A stretch of 64,000 nt of DNA, taken from assembly GCA_003971905.1 (NCBI GenBank), contig RSEE01000063.1:186001-250000 (forward strand). Direction: 5' to 3'. This stretch comes from Moniliella sp. 'wahieum'. Taxonomy: Eukaryota. Positions within the stretch are counted from its first letter, which is position 1; each line of letters opens with the position of its first letter. The notes below the pieces were generated by a model, which was not told the DNA's origin, searched no databases, and saw only the letters and a program-made list of their open reading frames with translations. Position numbers and translations under genes: made by a program. Positions 1-13,300 of the stretch are shown in pieces.

Positions 1-532
1 CATCTGGCTCGGCCTCGGGCTCTTCAAGCACGTCGAGCAAATCCCCCGCTTCGGGCCGAACGTCGTACCTGGGAGCTGGTGTGGCCTTCACCGCTGCCCT
101 CTTGGCTGGTGTGGCACTGTGTTAACTCGCTTTCCCGTTCCTGGGTAGTGAGCGCGGGGTGGTAGACGCCGAGCGGAGGGAAGAGGCGCGCCATCGCCAT
201 CGCCATCGCCCACGTTCCCGGCCCTGTTACTTTTTCTGGCTCGCTCCTTCCGCCCTTGTGCGGTCACCTCTGTTGTGTTGTTGTGCGGTGCGCGTTTACC
301 GTTCACCGCCACGCTCAGTGGGTCCCCAATGTGACCTACTCAGCCTATAGTATCCCCCGTACCTCCCCCCCCCCCCTTCAACCTTTCCATACACACACTG
401 TTGCCCTTGCCCTTGCCTTTTCCTCGTTCCCCGTTCCCACCATTCCCCCTCCTTCGTTCCCCTTTCTGCCATGTTTCTTATCCCCTCTTCTTCACCGCTC
501 ATGTGACGGACATTGATTTCTTTCCACCCCAC
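1..532 (-). CDS. Possible part of an unidentified intron-containing gene running off the left edge
   Basis: The minus strand has a branch/acceptor-like GTTAAC...CCAG near 105-125, followed by an open frame (KRAAVKATPAPRYDVRPEAGDLLDVLEEPEAEPD) to the window edge. No family recognised. Confidence 0.25.
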
Positions 533-2469
533 TGACCTAGCCTGAGCTAGGAGATACGTGCCTCATGCATCGCCATATACAATAGACGCTCTTTCCTTCG
601 TTTTGTTTTCGGTTCAGCGTTGAGTTCAGCGTTCAGCGTTCAGCTTTGTTCTTGTTGTGGTATGTGGTATGTGGTTCGCATCGTTCTTCCCATCCCACTC
701 CGTTAGGGTGCGGGGGAGGGGGGGTAGAATCTCCCCACTCGTTTTTTTTGCGTGCACACTCAAGTACTCACGCGCGTTGGTCTGCTCTTCCTCGTTTTGG
801 GTCCCGCTTTGCCTCGTGAAGGTAGTTTGTCTTTCTTTGTCTCTAGGTCTTTGCATCTGTGCATCTGTGCATCTGTTTTCCGCGTGTGGGCCGCTCGGGA
901 CGCGGGGTTTCCCTGTTGCCTGCGTCTCGGTCGCCTGGACGCAAGTGAAGTCACTAGTCACTTTCCCCTGGTCCAACTTGGAGCGTCTGGGAGCGTTGGA
1001 TCGTGGGAGCGTTGGAACGTTGGTGGCGGCACTGGAAAACAGAGGTGAGGAGATGCGAAGATGTGAAGACGTGGAGATATGGAGATGTGGGGACGGGGAC
1101 GATGTGTGGATGCCAATGAGTTAGAGGTGTGCTGGGTGTTCAATATAGTCTGCACGCTCGTTACTTGCACCCATCCATTCATTTTCGGGGGCGCACAATT
1201 GGGGGCGGTGATGCAGATGCATACGAGGCCATGATCGAACCGACCCAGGATAGATATATACATGGAATAGCTGAGTGTGTAGGAGAGCAGGTGGCGTGAG
1301 AACGATGTGGTTAATGTGGTCGATGGTGACTAGTGACTTCGCTTCCTAGTATACCTGTGTACCTACCTGCCTTGTTAACCTTTTTAAGCGTGCGTTGTTT
1401 GCGGAACAATAAGCGGTATCGTTGCTGGTCGTGGCCATCATATGCACATCAGGACGTATTCGGACAACTTATGGCACGCGGGATCTCCTTGCCTTCCACA
1501 CCTTTCCGCCATCCCATCGTTGGCGTACGCACAAGTCCTACGAGCCCCGAGACGGACGCTGCTAACCCTGGGATTGAGGGGGAGCAGGAGTTTCATCCGC
1601 CACCTGTTAGTCAAGACGGTGTGGAGAACAGACGAGTACAATGAACGTGGTCAGCGGGGGAACAAAACTAAAGATGTCAATATAGCACGGTCACATGGAA
1701 GCGAGCGAGGCTGTACCGAGATCTTCATGCGGCTATAGGGGTCCCAACAAAAAGGAGGCCCCTAAGAGGTAAATGCGGATATTGCCAAGACCATTTCGAC
1801 GCTCGCACGTCCCGTTCCCCAGGCCAGCTTGAGATGGCCCGGCTGGTCGTACCCTTTTCGTCCAACCGCCTTCGCCAAACGGATGTGGTGCATCAGATGT
1901 GAGAGCTTGAGGAAATGGAACGGCTCGCATCGTTTGTTGATGAGCAGAGAGTGGTACGACCGTGTGTACCGGTACAGGATGTATGTCTTGTGTCTCGTTC
2001 CTAGGATCTACTGGCGCCTCGCTCCCTTTTCCCTGCTACTTCGACAACTTCCGTTTGCTTCGCACGCCCTATACCCTCCTCTGCACCTACGAACTGTGCA
2101 ACGATTCGCTTTTGGCGTGGCCATATTCAGTCGGAGTGGCGACAGCGCGCTTATCCAGGACGAAGTCCTCCCCCCCCCTGCCCATCTACGCAAGCAACTT
2201 GGAATACCTCCTGGCGCGCAACCCGCATCCCCCTTGCGTGTGGGTGCAAAGACAAAAACGTCCAACTAACAATGGAGAATCCAAGACCGGTCGAGTGCAT
2301 TGTCACTATATTACGTTGTCGAAACCATTGGTTTAGTTTACCACCACAATGAACTCAACGTGTTGTTTGAACCCGCAATAACATGTAACAGACAGCGGCG
2401 GAGATGGACAGAATTGGCAAACGTATTACCTTGGTTCCGGATCTGATCCGACCCCAGCTCAGTTGTGCG

Positions 2470-2604
2470 TTGCTGGCGATCCCCCAGGTTCCCTAAACGG
2501 GTTTGACGCTAACACGCAATAGACGCCGATGAGCAGGTCGGTTTAGACGCAGCGCTGCTTTGTCCCAGAGGCTTAAGCTCGGTCAATTATATGGTTACAG
2601 TGTA
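2470..2604 (-). mobile_element. Dispersed repeat copy 1 (putative MITE or DNA-transposon end)
   Basis: The reverse complement reads TACACTGTAACCATATAATTGACCGAGCTTAAG...TCTAAACCGA...CAAACCCGTTTAGGGAACCTGGGGGATCGCCAG. It aligns by eye to the copies at 45810 and 46109. Confidence 0.7.
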
Positions 2605-5277
2605 CCCTTCAATCGCGCCATTTCCTAAACTCTTCAATTTTTTGCATGCCTCGTTTCATATCTAGTTTTGCTTGAGAGCGAGCGTATAGGATGCAAGTGC
2701 TGATCAAGCATGCTAAGCAATGCATATTGAGCGTACAGCTGTCCGAGGCGCCACACCTGATGACGGGCAAGTGCAGTGGGGGCGCCGTCTCGAGAAAGGA
2801 GGCGTTGCTACATTTGCCTCGCATCAATTAACTCGGTATATTACTCTCAGATCTCAGTTATACTCAGTAAAACCTCTTTGCAGGCACTCTGAGATCTCGG
2901 TATAGTTCCAGTCACTAGAAGGCATACACTAATCACCATGTCATAATAGGCACTAGTCTCACATGTCACATCTCAGATCTCAAATTCAGATTCGATCTCA
3001 GAATCTCAGATCTCACTAGTCACGACTTACTGTCTGCGTCACATGCACGTCACAAAGGTCGCACGCACCACAAGCCTTTCTTCACCACGGTCATAGTACT
3101 CGATTTCGGAAAGTGTCGTCAGTATATCAACAGACATCTCAGTACCATCAGTACCATCAGTGCGTGCCAGTAACCAAATCAAAACAAAAAAAACACGCGA
3201 AACAGACTGTGACATGTGATAGTTGATAATGCGAACATCATGCATCACATGTCACAAGCACACAAACAAGATCTAACCAGTAACCTCTGCCCTATAGCAA
3301 GAGTGAGAGATATGTCACAAGGTTGTCACGCATCACTCACAGTATTCAGTAACTAGTAACTAGTAACTAGTCATACTCAGTCTGAGTACTCATCGATCTT
3401 CATGCATCAGTATTACTCCGTAAGTACGAAGTGTTCTGATGATCGATGAGATTTGAGCAATTTGAGCTCTGAGATCCAACAGAATCCTCTGAGATCTAAC
3501 TTGCAATCGAAGTTACTAGCGAAGAGATGCAGGAGAAATCGCCAGATAGAGTGTGTCATCGATTATTGCTAACTCCCGCGGGAGGGAAGGTGCAACAGTC
3601 GGCACTAAACGAGGGAGACCATTGCAAGGTCCTGCCGAGGCGGGGGAAAAGGCAAGATCGTTCGTGGGAGGAAACAGAAGGCATCTCAGGCAGAGAACAG
3701 AAGCAAAAGGGAAGGAAAGAGTGAGAGACACAGGATGCAGAATTGGAAATTGGAGCGAGCCGAGCTTAGTCATTCGGTGACAGAAGGGAGACTAGCAAGG
3801 AATGGTGGATGAAGAGGGGGTTTCCTTCTGCACATTGAGATATGCTGATGGTATCTCCCAACACAGCAAAACGTGGAAATTGTACCATCGGAAAGCAGTT
3901 CATGCACTTAGGCCTCTTTGCAGTAGTGGTCAATGACAAACTGAATGTCCCAAGGCATTGCCGACGCGAAACAATCGCTATGTATACATGAACGTCGAAC
4001 CGTAATTCCATGTGGACCATTTCTATGATAGTCTCGGTGTAATAACTCTTTTTTGCTCCATGATGCTGAGGGGCTTGGACATAATCGGTAGGGGAAATAC
4101 ACGATTGTTTACTGTTTACTATACATAGAGACTGATGATGCACTGACGACGGCACGACGGATCCACCTCCCAATGCTCTCCAGATGTGTTTTACGAATGC
4201 TCTGTGCAGCACCCACTAAAATTATCCGGTCTAGTATACGGTGTGCATGAGGGCGGGTTCATGAGAGACATGTTCATATTCATCTCCGCACATGGATATA
4301 TAGTTGTTGACGAAGATACCCCAATCCTAGAAACTCGATCATGATTGTACTGTCTTTCAGATCTATACACAGGATGTGCAAAGATCAAAAGAACATAAAA
4401 AGCACTTAGCATACCAACATCGATTTTGTTTATTCGACGCTCATCGTTGTCAGATCGTGACCATCGGCCAGCGGCTCAGGATCTTCTTGCTCCCGATCGA
4501 AAGGTATTTCATGAGTGGAGATGAATATGAGCTATACTAACAGCGAAGATGTGATTCAGGAAACATTTCTCCACTACATTGGAGACTACTAGACTTGTTC
4601 TTTTTCCAGTATTCAAACAACTTTTGTTATAATAACAGTCGTGGTGTAGAGTAACACCCTCGTGTTGCCCCGCGAACTGGGGTAGGAAAGATTGTAGGCG
4701 GCTGGTGGGACTTTTGACGATCTCTTGTCGTATAGTCTGTCCGAGCAGCCGATGCGTCTCTCCTTTTCTCCCTGTGTTCTACAGGGAGGTGGACGTGTCT
4801 CGTTAGCTCTTCAAGTACTATCCCTTCCAGAACTCGACGTGGGCCTCATCCGTCATCATATCTTTCATGGCATGTGGCCAACCGCTGTCCCTGGTGCATC
4901 AAAAACGTCGCTGTGGTTCCATATCGCAGAGGGTATCTTGACTGTGTGATCCTCTCTGGCACCCAGTCGGTAGACCAGGTTCGCCTCCGTTCCATCGGCG
5001 TCCACGCTGGTGCGGGTATCGTCCCAGCGTGTGGCACTGCCCCTGTACTCTGCATTCTCTCCTGTGTGCCTCACTAGCCCTGTACCTAGTCGGGCATGCT
5101 ATATAGGTGCCTCTGTACCCCGACCCAACTCTGGCCCAATCCATCACCTTCTCATCATCCTTCTCCCCACATCCGCGGGTCCTTAGGCCAACAGAGTAGT
5201 CTATATAGTAGTGACGCTAGTGCGGTCTTCTTCCCTGTTGCCCATGCGGTTGGACACGTAGGGGGAGCTGGATCGGC

Positions 5278-5812
5278 TTGAAGCCTTCAGCTTGAAGCTT
5301 GGAGCTTGAAGCTTGAAGCTTGAACCGGGTAAGAACGAGTGACTAGCAACGAAGGGTAGATATCAACTGCAAGATAATCGATTATGGAGGTGATCATCGA
5401 TCATGCATCATACACCATGCATCATGTCGATATCAAAAGCTGAGAGCGCTCAGGCTGAGCGCTGAGCGGTGGCTGATGCATGATGCATGATGATCGATGA
5501 GGCACCCAGACGCCCCAGAGACACCTGAAGCTTGAAGACACTCGCAGTACCGGTGCATCATGCATCATGCACCATGCATTCTGCTCAGCCGCTCAGTGCT
5601 CACACGCTCACGCATGTAGCACATGCCCATGCACCGCAGCACATCATGCATCAAGCTTCAAGTGTGACATGCGACACGTGGCGCATGTATGTCACGCATG
5701 TCACATGTCACATGCACTGGTCACCCAGTCCAGTCAACTAGTCAAGCTTCAAGCTTCAAGCTTCCAGCTTCTTCAAGCTTCAAGCTAGTTACTAGTTACC
5801 AGGTTACTAGTC
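5278..5812. repeat. Dense cluster of 7-bp-period TNA+palindrome arrays
   Basis: (TGAAGCT)n at ~5278-5325, (TGATGCA)n at ~5474-5495, (TCACATG)n at ~5690-5715, (TCAAGCT)n at ~5742-5790 and TTACTAG units at ~5789-5812. Confidence 0.9.
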
Positions 5813-7044
5813 AATACTTCTCACTTCCCAGATCCGTATTATGGCATAGGCGGCGTAGGCGCGTAGGATCGATCATCGAATGCAATACCGAACAGATTTC
5901 GAAGCTGCGTTGCTGGATAGAATTTGGTCTCGGCTTCAAGGTCCCATTCACATCCAAAAAGCCGCTCTCCTGCCGCACGCATACGGGCAAGGAGCACCGA
6001 GCTCCAAGCACCTGCTAGCACTACTAAGCACTGTTTCGTTCAGCGCTCAAAACACCCGCAGCGTGTTCAACTGAACGTTGAACGTTCACACGTTCACCGG
6101 ACCAACCAAAACGCAAGCAGTTGCTGGTTGTGGGGGCAGACGGGCGCGCAGCGTGTCATGCACATGCTCTGTGCTGTCTGCGGCATGCCAGGGCGTTGGT
6201 AGTCCAAGCACTCGGCTGTCCTGCATGCGGTTGCGCTACGCACAGCCGCCTGGGCGGGCATACTGCATACGTATCGCTGGCGCGCCTACTGAGACACAGT
6301 GTTTTGAGCCCCCTCGCCCCAACCGGCAACCACATTAATCAAGCTCGAATTCCAGCGCCCATCGTCACGCGTCACGCTTGTTCGCACGTTCACATGTCAC
6401 ACTTCAAGCTTCAAGGTTCAACCTCTGCAAGCCTCCGGCTGCGTCGCTGCAACGCTTGTGCTGGGTTAGTACCCGTACGTTAATTGTTCCTACGATCGAA
6501 GCGTCACGCGTCAAGCTTGAGTATAAGGAGGAGATGGTTGTGCTATTCCAGAAGAGGAGCCCGTCCGCGTCAGGGGCAGAACATAGAGGAGAGTCGGAGA
6601 AGAACAGCGTCGAAGGAGATGTGTGGTCGGCTACATGCGTGATGGCGCTGACATTGAGAGCTTGAGGAGGAACCGCCCATTCAGATATTCAGACTCCGGC
6701 TCTCAGTCGGTACCTGAGTACGGCCTGAGTATGCTGATCTGCTGACGCATGTCACTAGCACTAGTCATTTTAATCATTAGTTACTCATCGTCACTATTAC
6801 GTAGTAGCTAGTAGTTACTAGTTACTAATGACTAGGTTTACCAGTTCCTCAGGGATTGATCGATTATCGATCAAGCTGATGATTCGATGAAGCTTCAAGC
6901 TTCAAGCTTGAAGGGATGGCCGATTGTTGTTGCAAGCCAATGCGCCAATGGACACACTGGACTGCGGCGCCTGCCCCTTTTGGCGGGTGCGGCTGGTGTG
7001 CGCGTGTTCGCAGCCACGCAAGGGACAAGCTCACCTGGGTGAAA

Positions 7045-7075
7045 TCATTAATCATTAATCATTAATCATTAATCA
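7045..7075. repeat. (TCATTAA)4 heptamer array
   Basis: Read directly: tcattaatcattaatcattaatcattaatca. Confidence 0.95.
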
Positions 7076-8420
7076 CGGGCCACGGGTCACCGGCCACAGG
7101 TCACCATCCCAGTCGTCTTCCCAGATCTCAGATCGCCGAATCTCCCAGCGGATCTCTCCAGTGGGGCAGAGAGTATGCTAGGAGGGTGGAGTACGAGTCC
7201 GCACGGAGGCAGTGCCCAATGCGGGGGCTGCTGTGTGCTGCGGTGTACCTGGACATGCAATGGGACAGTTGGACCTGTGTGGCTCAGGCGCTGAGTACGT
7301 GTTGAGTACGTTGAGCGTACGTTGAACGGTGAGGCGTTGAGCTTGAGCTTGAGGACGAGGACTCGTGGTACTCGTGTATCGTACCGAGACGGAGAGTCAG
7401 TCTGAGATCTGAGTGCGTTGTCTGGGATCTGTGACATGCGATCTGAGTGCAATCATCGATCAGATCTCAGAGTCCTCAGACCCAGTCGCTGGAGCGTGGG
7501 TCAGCGCTGAGCCTCAGCCTTCAGCTGACGCTTGAAGCTCTGACGGGTGTGAAGCTGGAAGGTTCGCCAGGGTCTGCGTCGATGCAGTCTCGAATGGCGT
7601 CGTCGCAGCCACAAGGGCCTGCGGGCTGCCAGCCGTCGAGCGCTCAGGCGCCCAGGCAGTCAGGCACTCAGCCCTCCGGCTCATTCAGCCGCCAGGGGGC
7701 GCGGGGGCATTGTGCCTCGCCAGCGCACTGGACGACCAACGGGGCGCTCGCACCGCATCGCTTGGCCAGCGCTTTGCCTTCCAACGTCCAACGTCCATCG
7801 CCCATCTCAGCCCTTCTTGGCCTGCCCAGTCCCACCTCGCTCGCCTTCGCCTTCGCCCTTGGCTTTGCTTAGCCTCCTTGTGCCCCCGCTCCACCATCCT
7901 CGGCCCACCACCCGCACTGCCTCCGTCGCTGCCACCCTCCTCTTGCCTTGCCATGGTTGCCGCAGCCCACGCTACTGCCCACGGCGCTTCGCACCGCCGG
8001 CTCACGCACCCACTCGCCGCTCCCGCCACCCATCCCCGCGCGTGCGCAGCTCAACCAGCACCGCCGCCACTGTGCCCCTGCTAGCCCCGGTCCCACGTCG
8101 TGCCAGCTTCCTTCATCGGCCCAAGGCGGTTCGTGCGGTAGCGCCCTCGGGTCCTGTGCGACCTACCACGCCTCGGGCCCAATTGGCCGCGTCGCTGCAA
8201 AGTGTCAGCTTGCATTGCTTGCCCCCGCGCCGCACTTGCCACCCCCTTGGCACCTGCACCAGGTTCTTCCCCCCCCCCCCCCACTGCGCTTGCGAACCTG
8301 GGTTCATTCGCTACGCTTCCCTCGCTGGTCTATGACGGGCACGCTCGTCCCCCCCTACTGGAGGATGAGATGCCAGACCAAGCAGTTGGACTGTCCACAT
8401 TGTACCCCTCCTTCACCCCT

Positions 8421-8462
8421 TCCACTTCCACTTCCACTTCCACTTCCACTTCCACTTCCACT
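8421..8462. repeat. (TCCACT)n hexamer microsatellite inside a Ser/Thr/Pro-rich ORF (8202-8780 +)
   Basis: Tandem tccact units. Whether the ORF is coding is uncertain. Confidence 0.9.
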
Positions 8463-10999
8463 CCCACCTTGACCTCGACTGTGACCTCGAGCTCGACTTC
8501 GACCTCGACCCACCCGAACAGTGTAGTTCGCACATTGGCTTTCTCACCTGCTCGCGCCTCCCCCTCCTGCACCTCTTCCCGTTTGCCCACGCCGACCGCC
8601 ACACCTCCCCCGCACGATGCGCCACCGTGCTCGCCAATTCCTCGTTCGTGGACCCGCAACCCTTTGGCCGCCGTCTTGGCACGCTCTCGGCCCAGCACGC
8701 CGGTTCCCAGTGGCGTGCTCCCTCTCGGGCTGGAATTTGGGTGCACACCTCCCTGGGCCCGATTGGACGTTAGTGCCTAACTGACCGTTGTGCCGTTGTG
8801 CGGTTGCGCCTTCGGTGCATTCTTTTTGGCACGCTACCCCCGTCGCTCTGAGTTCTGAGTTCGGAGTTTTGAGCTCTGACCTAGAAGGCCTGTGGCATGG
8901 GATGTGGCAACCCTTTTCACGTTGAACCAGGTAGCTATACTACCTGGTACAACCACGCACACTTTTACACTTTTACTTTAGTTCTCAATTCCTTTTTACG
9001 ACCCCTCCTCTCCCCTCCTCCACCTGCCTCTTTTCCTGGCGCATGACCCCACTCTTACCCTCTGTCCTGATGACCTGTCTGTCCGGTGTCCGATCCTATG
9101 ACCACGAAACTCTTCTCCCGTTGTACAGCGATTGCCTTGCTTGTGTTGGGTAGGTTGGTAGGTTTGATAGGTTGGGTGCTTGCTTGAGTATGGTGAGGAC
9201 TTGAGCACTTGACGCCTGGTGAGCAATCCGATGGATGCACCAAGAAGCTCAGATTTATCTGTGAACAGGTCCTACTCCCATATCTCGCTAGACTTCCATG
9301 GAGGGGAACAGACGGTACTGGCGGGCTATGCTTTCATACTGCTACTACCAACTGTGATGTTTGACTATGTACCACGCTAGGTGAGGTTTGGGTACCAAAG
9401 TAGGGCGGTCGTTGCAACAAGGTATGTTTGCTGGTCGTCCATATCTTTGCAAAACCCCCCTTCTGCACTCGACTATGTCTGCTACCTGACCCAAGTTGGA
9501 TCAAATTCAAACGACTATCCCTATCATGGTTTTTACGGCACGCCAACACAAAGTTCTTTGACCATGCTCTACGCACCGACCACCAACATTCTCTCTCTGC
9601 CTCCTTAGTCGTCCATGCTTTGGATTGTGTGTCATACCCTAAGCGATCCACTATATAGATGCCATCATTGTTGTACCTAACGGACCGGCCAGTGGGGTCA
9701 CAAGAGCAGTAAGCGACTCTCCCACGAAACGATTGGACCGATTAATGTGTGCAAGACGAAGGATCTGAACTTCTTCGTGTACACTCGCAAAGGTAACTGC
9801 GTCGAAAGAGTAGGGCGTTAAGCTTCTTAACTGAGCGTCAAGAGGTGGTTCTTCACTCTTCATTCCACAAACCTCAATCGTCTGTGGACAACGATATGGT
9901 GGCAGTTGTGGGAGAGGGCGGATGAGGAAGCGCAGCGCACAATTCCTGCAGGCGTCCAACCCAGTATCGCTGATACCATACATTGTCTTTCTATTGTAGC
10001 ATTACTTTGTCCATTTGGGGTTTGGGCAGGGGGATCATCGAGATCATCGGTATGAAGTTGGATCCTAGCTGTCAAGCCATATGTGGACAAACCGAAAGAT
10101 GAGACTCCGCGCCGCCCCCCGTGTCGCAGTGCGGTTCCACTGACCCTCCCAAGGCGTGTTGATGTGGTTCGTAAGAGTGGTCCCATGCAAGAAGGAACTG
10201 TATCGATCTGCCGCCGCCATGTTCCAAGAGGTGGACTTTGGCGTGGAAGATATACAACCAGAAACAACTGATGTGTATGCAATGGAGAGAAAAGCTAAAA
10301 AACTAAACGGAAACCGAGAAGGGGGCTTTATATGCGCATGCCTGTCACGAGGCGACGACTAAGTCGCTTGCACAGATACCTCCACTCCCGATATCGCTAT
10401 TGCTTCTCGGCTTCTTTCCCTATCACTGCTCAAGTTCTCTATTGCTCCCTATCGTGGTTCAGTTTCTCAGCCTATCCACAAAACCCAAAAAACAATTGTC
10501 TCTTCCCCGTCTCGTCTCGCCCTACGCGTCTATATAACCTCCACTTTGGACCTGAAATGCGTTCTTTCTCTGCGAGTCTTGTCTCCGATGCCAGGCAGGG
10601 AAGGTGCCTGGGAAGGCAGCACACACCCCGTCACAGCACTACCAACACTGTGGGTTTTGCGCCGCGTCCTCGCGCACAAAAACAGCAAGCAATGTACGAC
10701 CAACAGTACGAAGAGCTACTAGTGCGACCAAACCGAAACGTAGCACCACGGAGTACGATTCGCTCTCCAAAAAGACGCCTTGCAACAAGCACAACTAGGC
10801 GCACTCCCGTGCGCACAACTGAACTATGAACGAAAAAGGCGCAAAAGGCAATAGATATATCGCTGTGCCCCACAGCACTTGGCACATACACCCGGCTACT
10901 GGGGGCGGAAGCGGATGATCAATCATCGATCACTGTCGATGACTGCTTATCTCAGCGGAGGCAGACGAGGGGCTGGGGAGCCCATTGGCACACAATCAC

Positions 11000-13300
11000 G
11001 GTCACCAAGCACCGATCACCGACCACTCCGACCCCTCGGCTTGCTCCTTGGGCCTTGTCGGGCTGCATCGAGCGAGCCTGCTGCGCGTCGCATCCATCTC
11101 GGATGTGGATCTGGGTCTTGGCCTTTTGGCTGTCGCTTGGGGCGTGCGAGTGGACTGTGGAGTGGAGCGTGTAGGCCGTGCCCCCAACCGATGCCTTCCT
11201 ACGTGTTCTCAAAGAGAGGGGGCCAAGCGGGTGCTGATACTGATGTTGATGCGGAGGCTTGTGCCGGTGCTGGTGCTGGTGACTGAGCTGAGCTGGTGCG
11301 GACGCTCGGCCAGCTGCACTCGCTCGCCCGAGCGGGCTGCGTCGTATGTGCTACTGGACCATCCTGCACCTGCGCCTGATTCGGACGACAGCAGTGTGAT
11401 TGGTCCTGTGCTACCTGTTCGGCGTCCGCGGTCCGCCCATCTACCTACTCGACCCACTCGACCTACTCGACCTACTCGACTCACTCGACCCACTCCCTCC
11501 TACCCAACCAGCGCGACAGCCTTGCTTCCCCTACACGGCGCGTCGACGTCGCGCGCGCCTTCTGGCCGGTCGAGCCACGCGCGCCTGCCCGCACCCGCTC
11601 TAACCTACCTCTACACTTACACCTACCTCTCCACTTACTCATTCGGCCGACCACGGGGGTGGGTACTACTTCCGCTGTTGGCTGTGGCGGAGAGCGGTGG
11701 TCGTGACGTTATTATCGTACCGGACGTGGACGCACCACGCACGTGCAAGTGTCGATGGACCGGCGACGCTGACCACGCGTCTGCTCCTCCTTCTCTTGGC
11801 CGCAGGGGTGCGGGATAGTGTGCTGGGCAGTATTGGGTGCGCACATGTGCCGCGCCGATTGGCACCCACAGTCGCGGCTACGACGTTGGTGCGCTCTTCC
11901 TTCCTGCTTCCTGTCTTGAGCCTTGAGTCTTGTGCCTTGAGCCTTGAGCCTGAGCCTCTTGGCATTCAGTCCAAGTGGGCAAGTAGTAACTAACCTCGGC
12001 ATGTGCACCAGGGTTCACTCATCTTTTCACTTGGGATTCTGAATCTAGTTTTACTTGCGCAACGACCTACGGACCAAGCGCCTCGACCTGGACCTGGGCG
12101 CTCGTCGGCGCCCGTGCTGCGCACGCAGCAGCGACAAGGTATTGCACTCGTAGCCAGTACGTCCATGGCGTTAGCCGTGGTGCAGTGGGCCGCGCACGTG
12201 CTTGTGGCAGGGGTGACTTACCACCGCGCGGAGTGGGCGCGTTGCATGCCCAACGTTGGTTGGACGACTTGAATCGCGGTCCAGCTCCTGCAGTGCTGAG
12301 GTCACAACGTATCCTGCTCCCTCCGTCGCCGGCGTTGCACGCTGCCCCGACACCTACACCTACACAAACACAACACACAACACAAACGCAAACCCAGACG
12401 CAGCCGCAGACAAGTAAGGACAATGTGGCGTTTTCAGCTACGGGTTCACCCGTGGTCCCTGTGACGGATGTAGAGGCCTTCGGGGCGTGCGTGGCCCACG
12501 CCCAAGCCGACCCCGAACCCGGTGCTAACTCCGACCCCGAAACCGAGTCGGGCACAGACATGGGGATGGGGATGGAGATGGAGATGGGGATGGGGTGCGA
12601 TGGTGAGAGGAGCCAAATGAGCACAGCGGGTTGCTGCGTTCGCACTCTGGTGTGTTGCCGCCCTCGCGGACCAGTTGGTTGCGCCGTCGTGGCCGCGCGG
12701 ATCGCCCTCGTCCGAGGAAGGGGAGGAAGGGCAAGGATCGCAGGAAGGGGAGGAAGAGCAAGGGCAAGAAGAAGCGAGGCGGTGGTAGGTCCGAAATGCC
12801 CGGGCGAGACGACGAGGGAGAAGAGAGAGAAGGGTGGGAGGAAGAGTGGGACGCGGATGAGATTGTGGACATTGTGCCGGACCGAAGGGTGGGACGAAAA
12901 TTGTCGGCTCAAGGTTAGCCATGGCCTTGGCCGACGACCAAGATCCAGCCCACTGGCGCGCGTCGTACTTGGTCCCATCGGGACCAGATGTACCCACCCA
13001 ACGACGTGCTCGCACACGTACTCGCACTTTACCTTCCCGCCCGCCTTCGCACCCTGCTGCTGCTTCTTCTTCTTTTCCTTGCCATGACCTTGCCTTTGCC
13101 CAACTCCCTCCCCCCGCCACGCGCGCATTCGGCCTGTACCGTCCTGCCCGGACCGCTGGAGCGTTCCTTCTCCAAGTGGGGGACGGGACAGGGAGCAGGA
13201 GCGCGAACGGTATCGTCCGCGCCCACGCCCACGTACCCTCTCTGCCGCGGCCGCCGTGACGGTGCCCGAGGGGAGTCGGTGGGCAGTGGCTAGTGACATT
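11000..13300 (-). CDS. Hypothetical low-complexity/disordered protein; strand and boundaries uncertain
   Basis: GC-rich block with long overlapping ORFs and 6-, 9- and 24-bp repeat units like those in coding regions elsewhere in the window. No recognisable domain. Confidence 0.25.

Noticed and set aside
5278..7075. CRISPR-like interpretation of the palindromic repeats
   Set aside because: The context is eukaryotic, the units are 7 bp with no unique spacers, and there are no cas genes.
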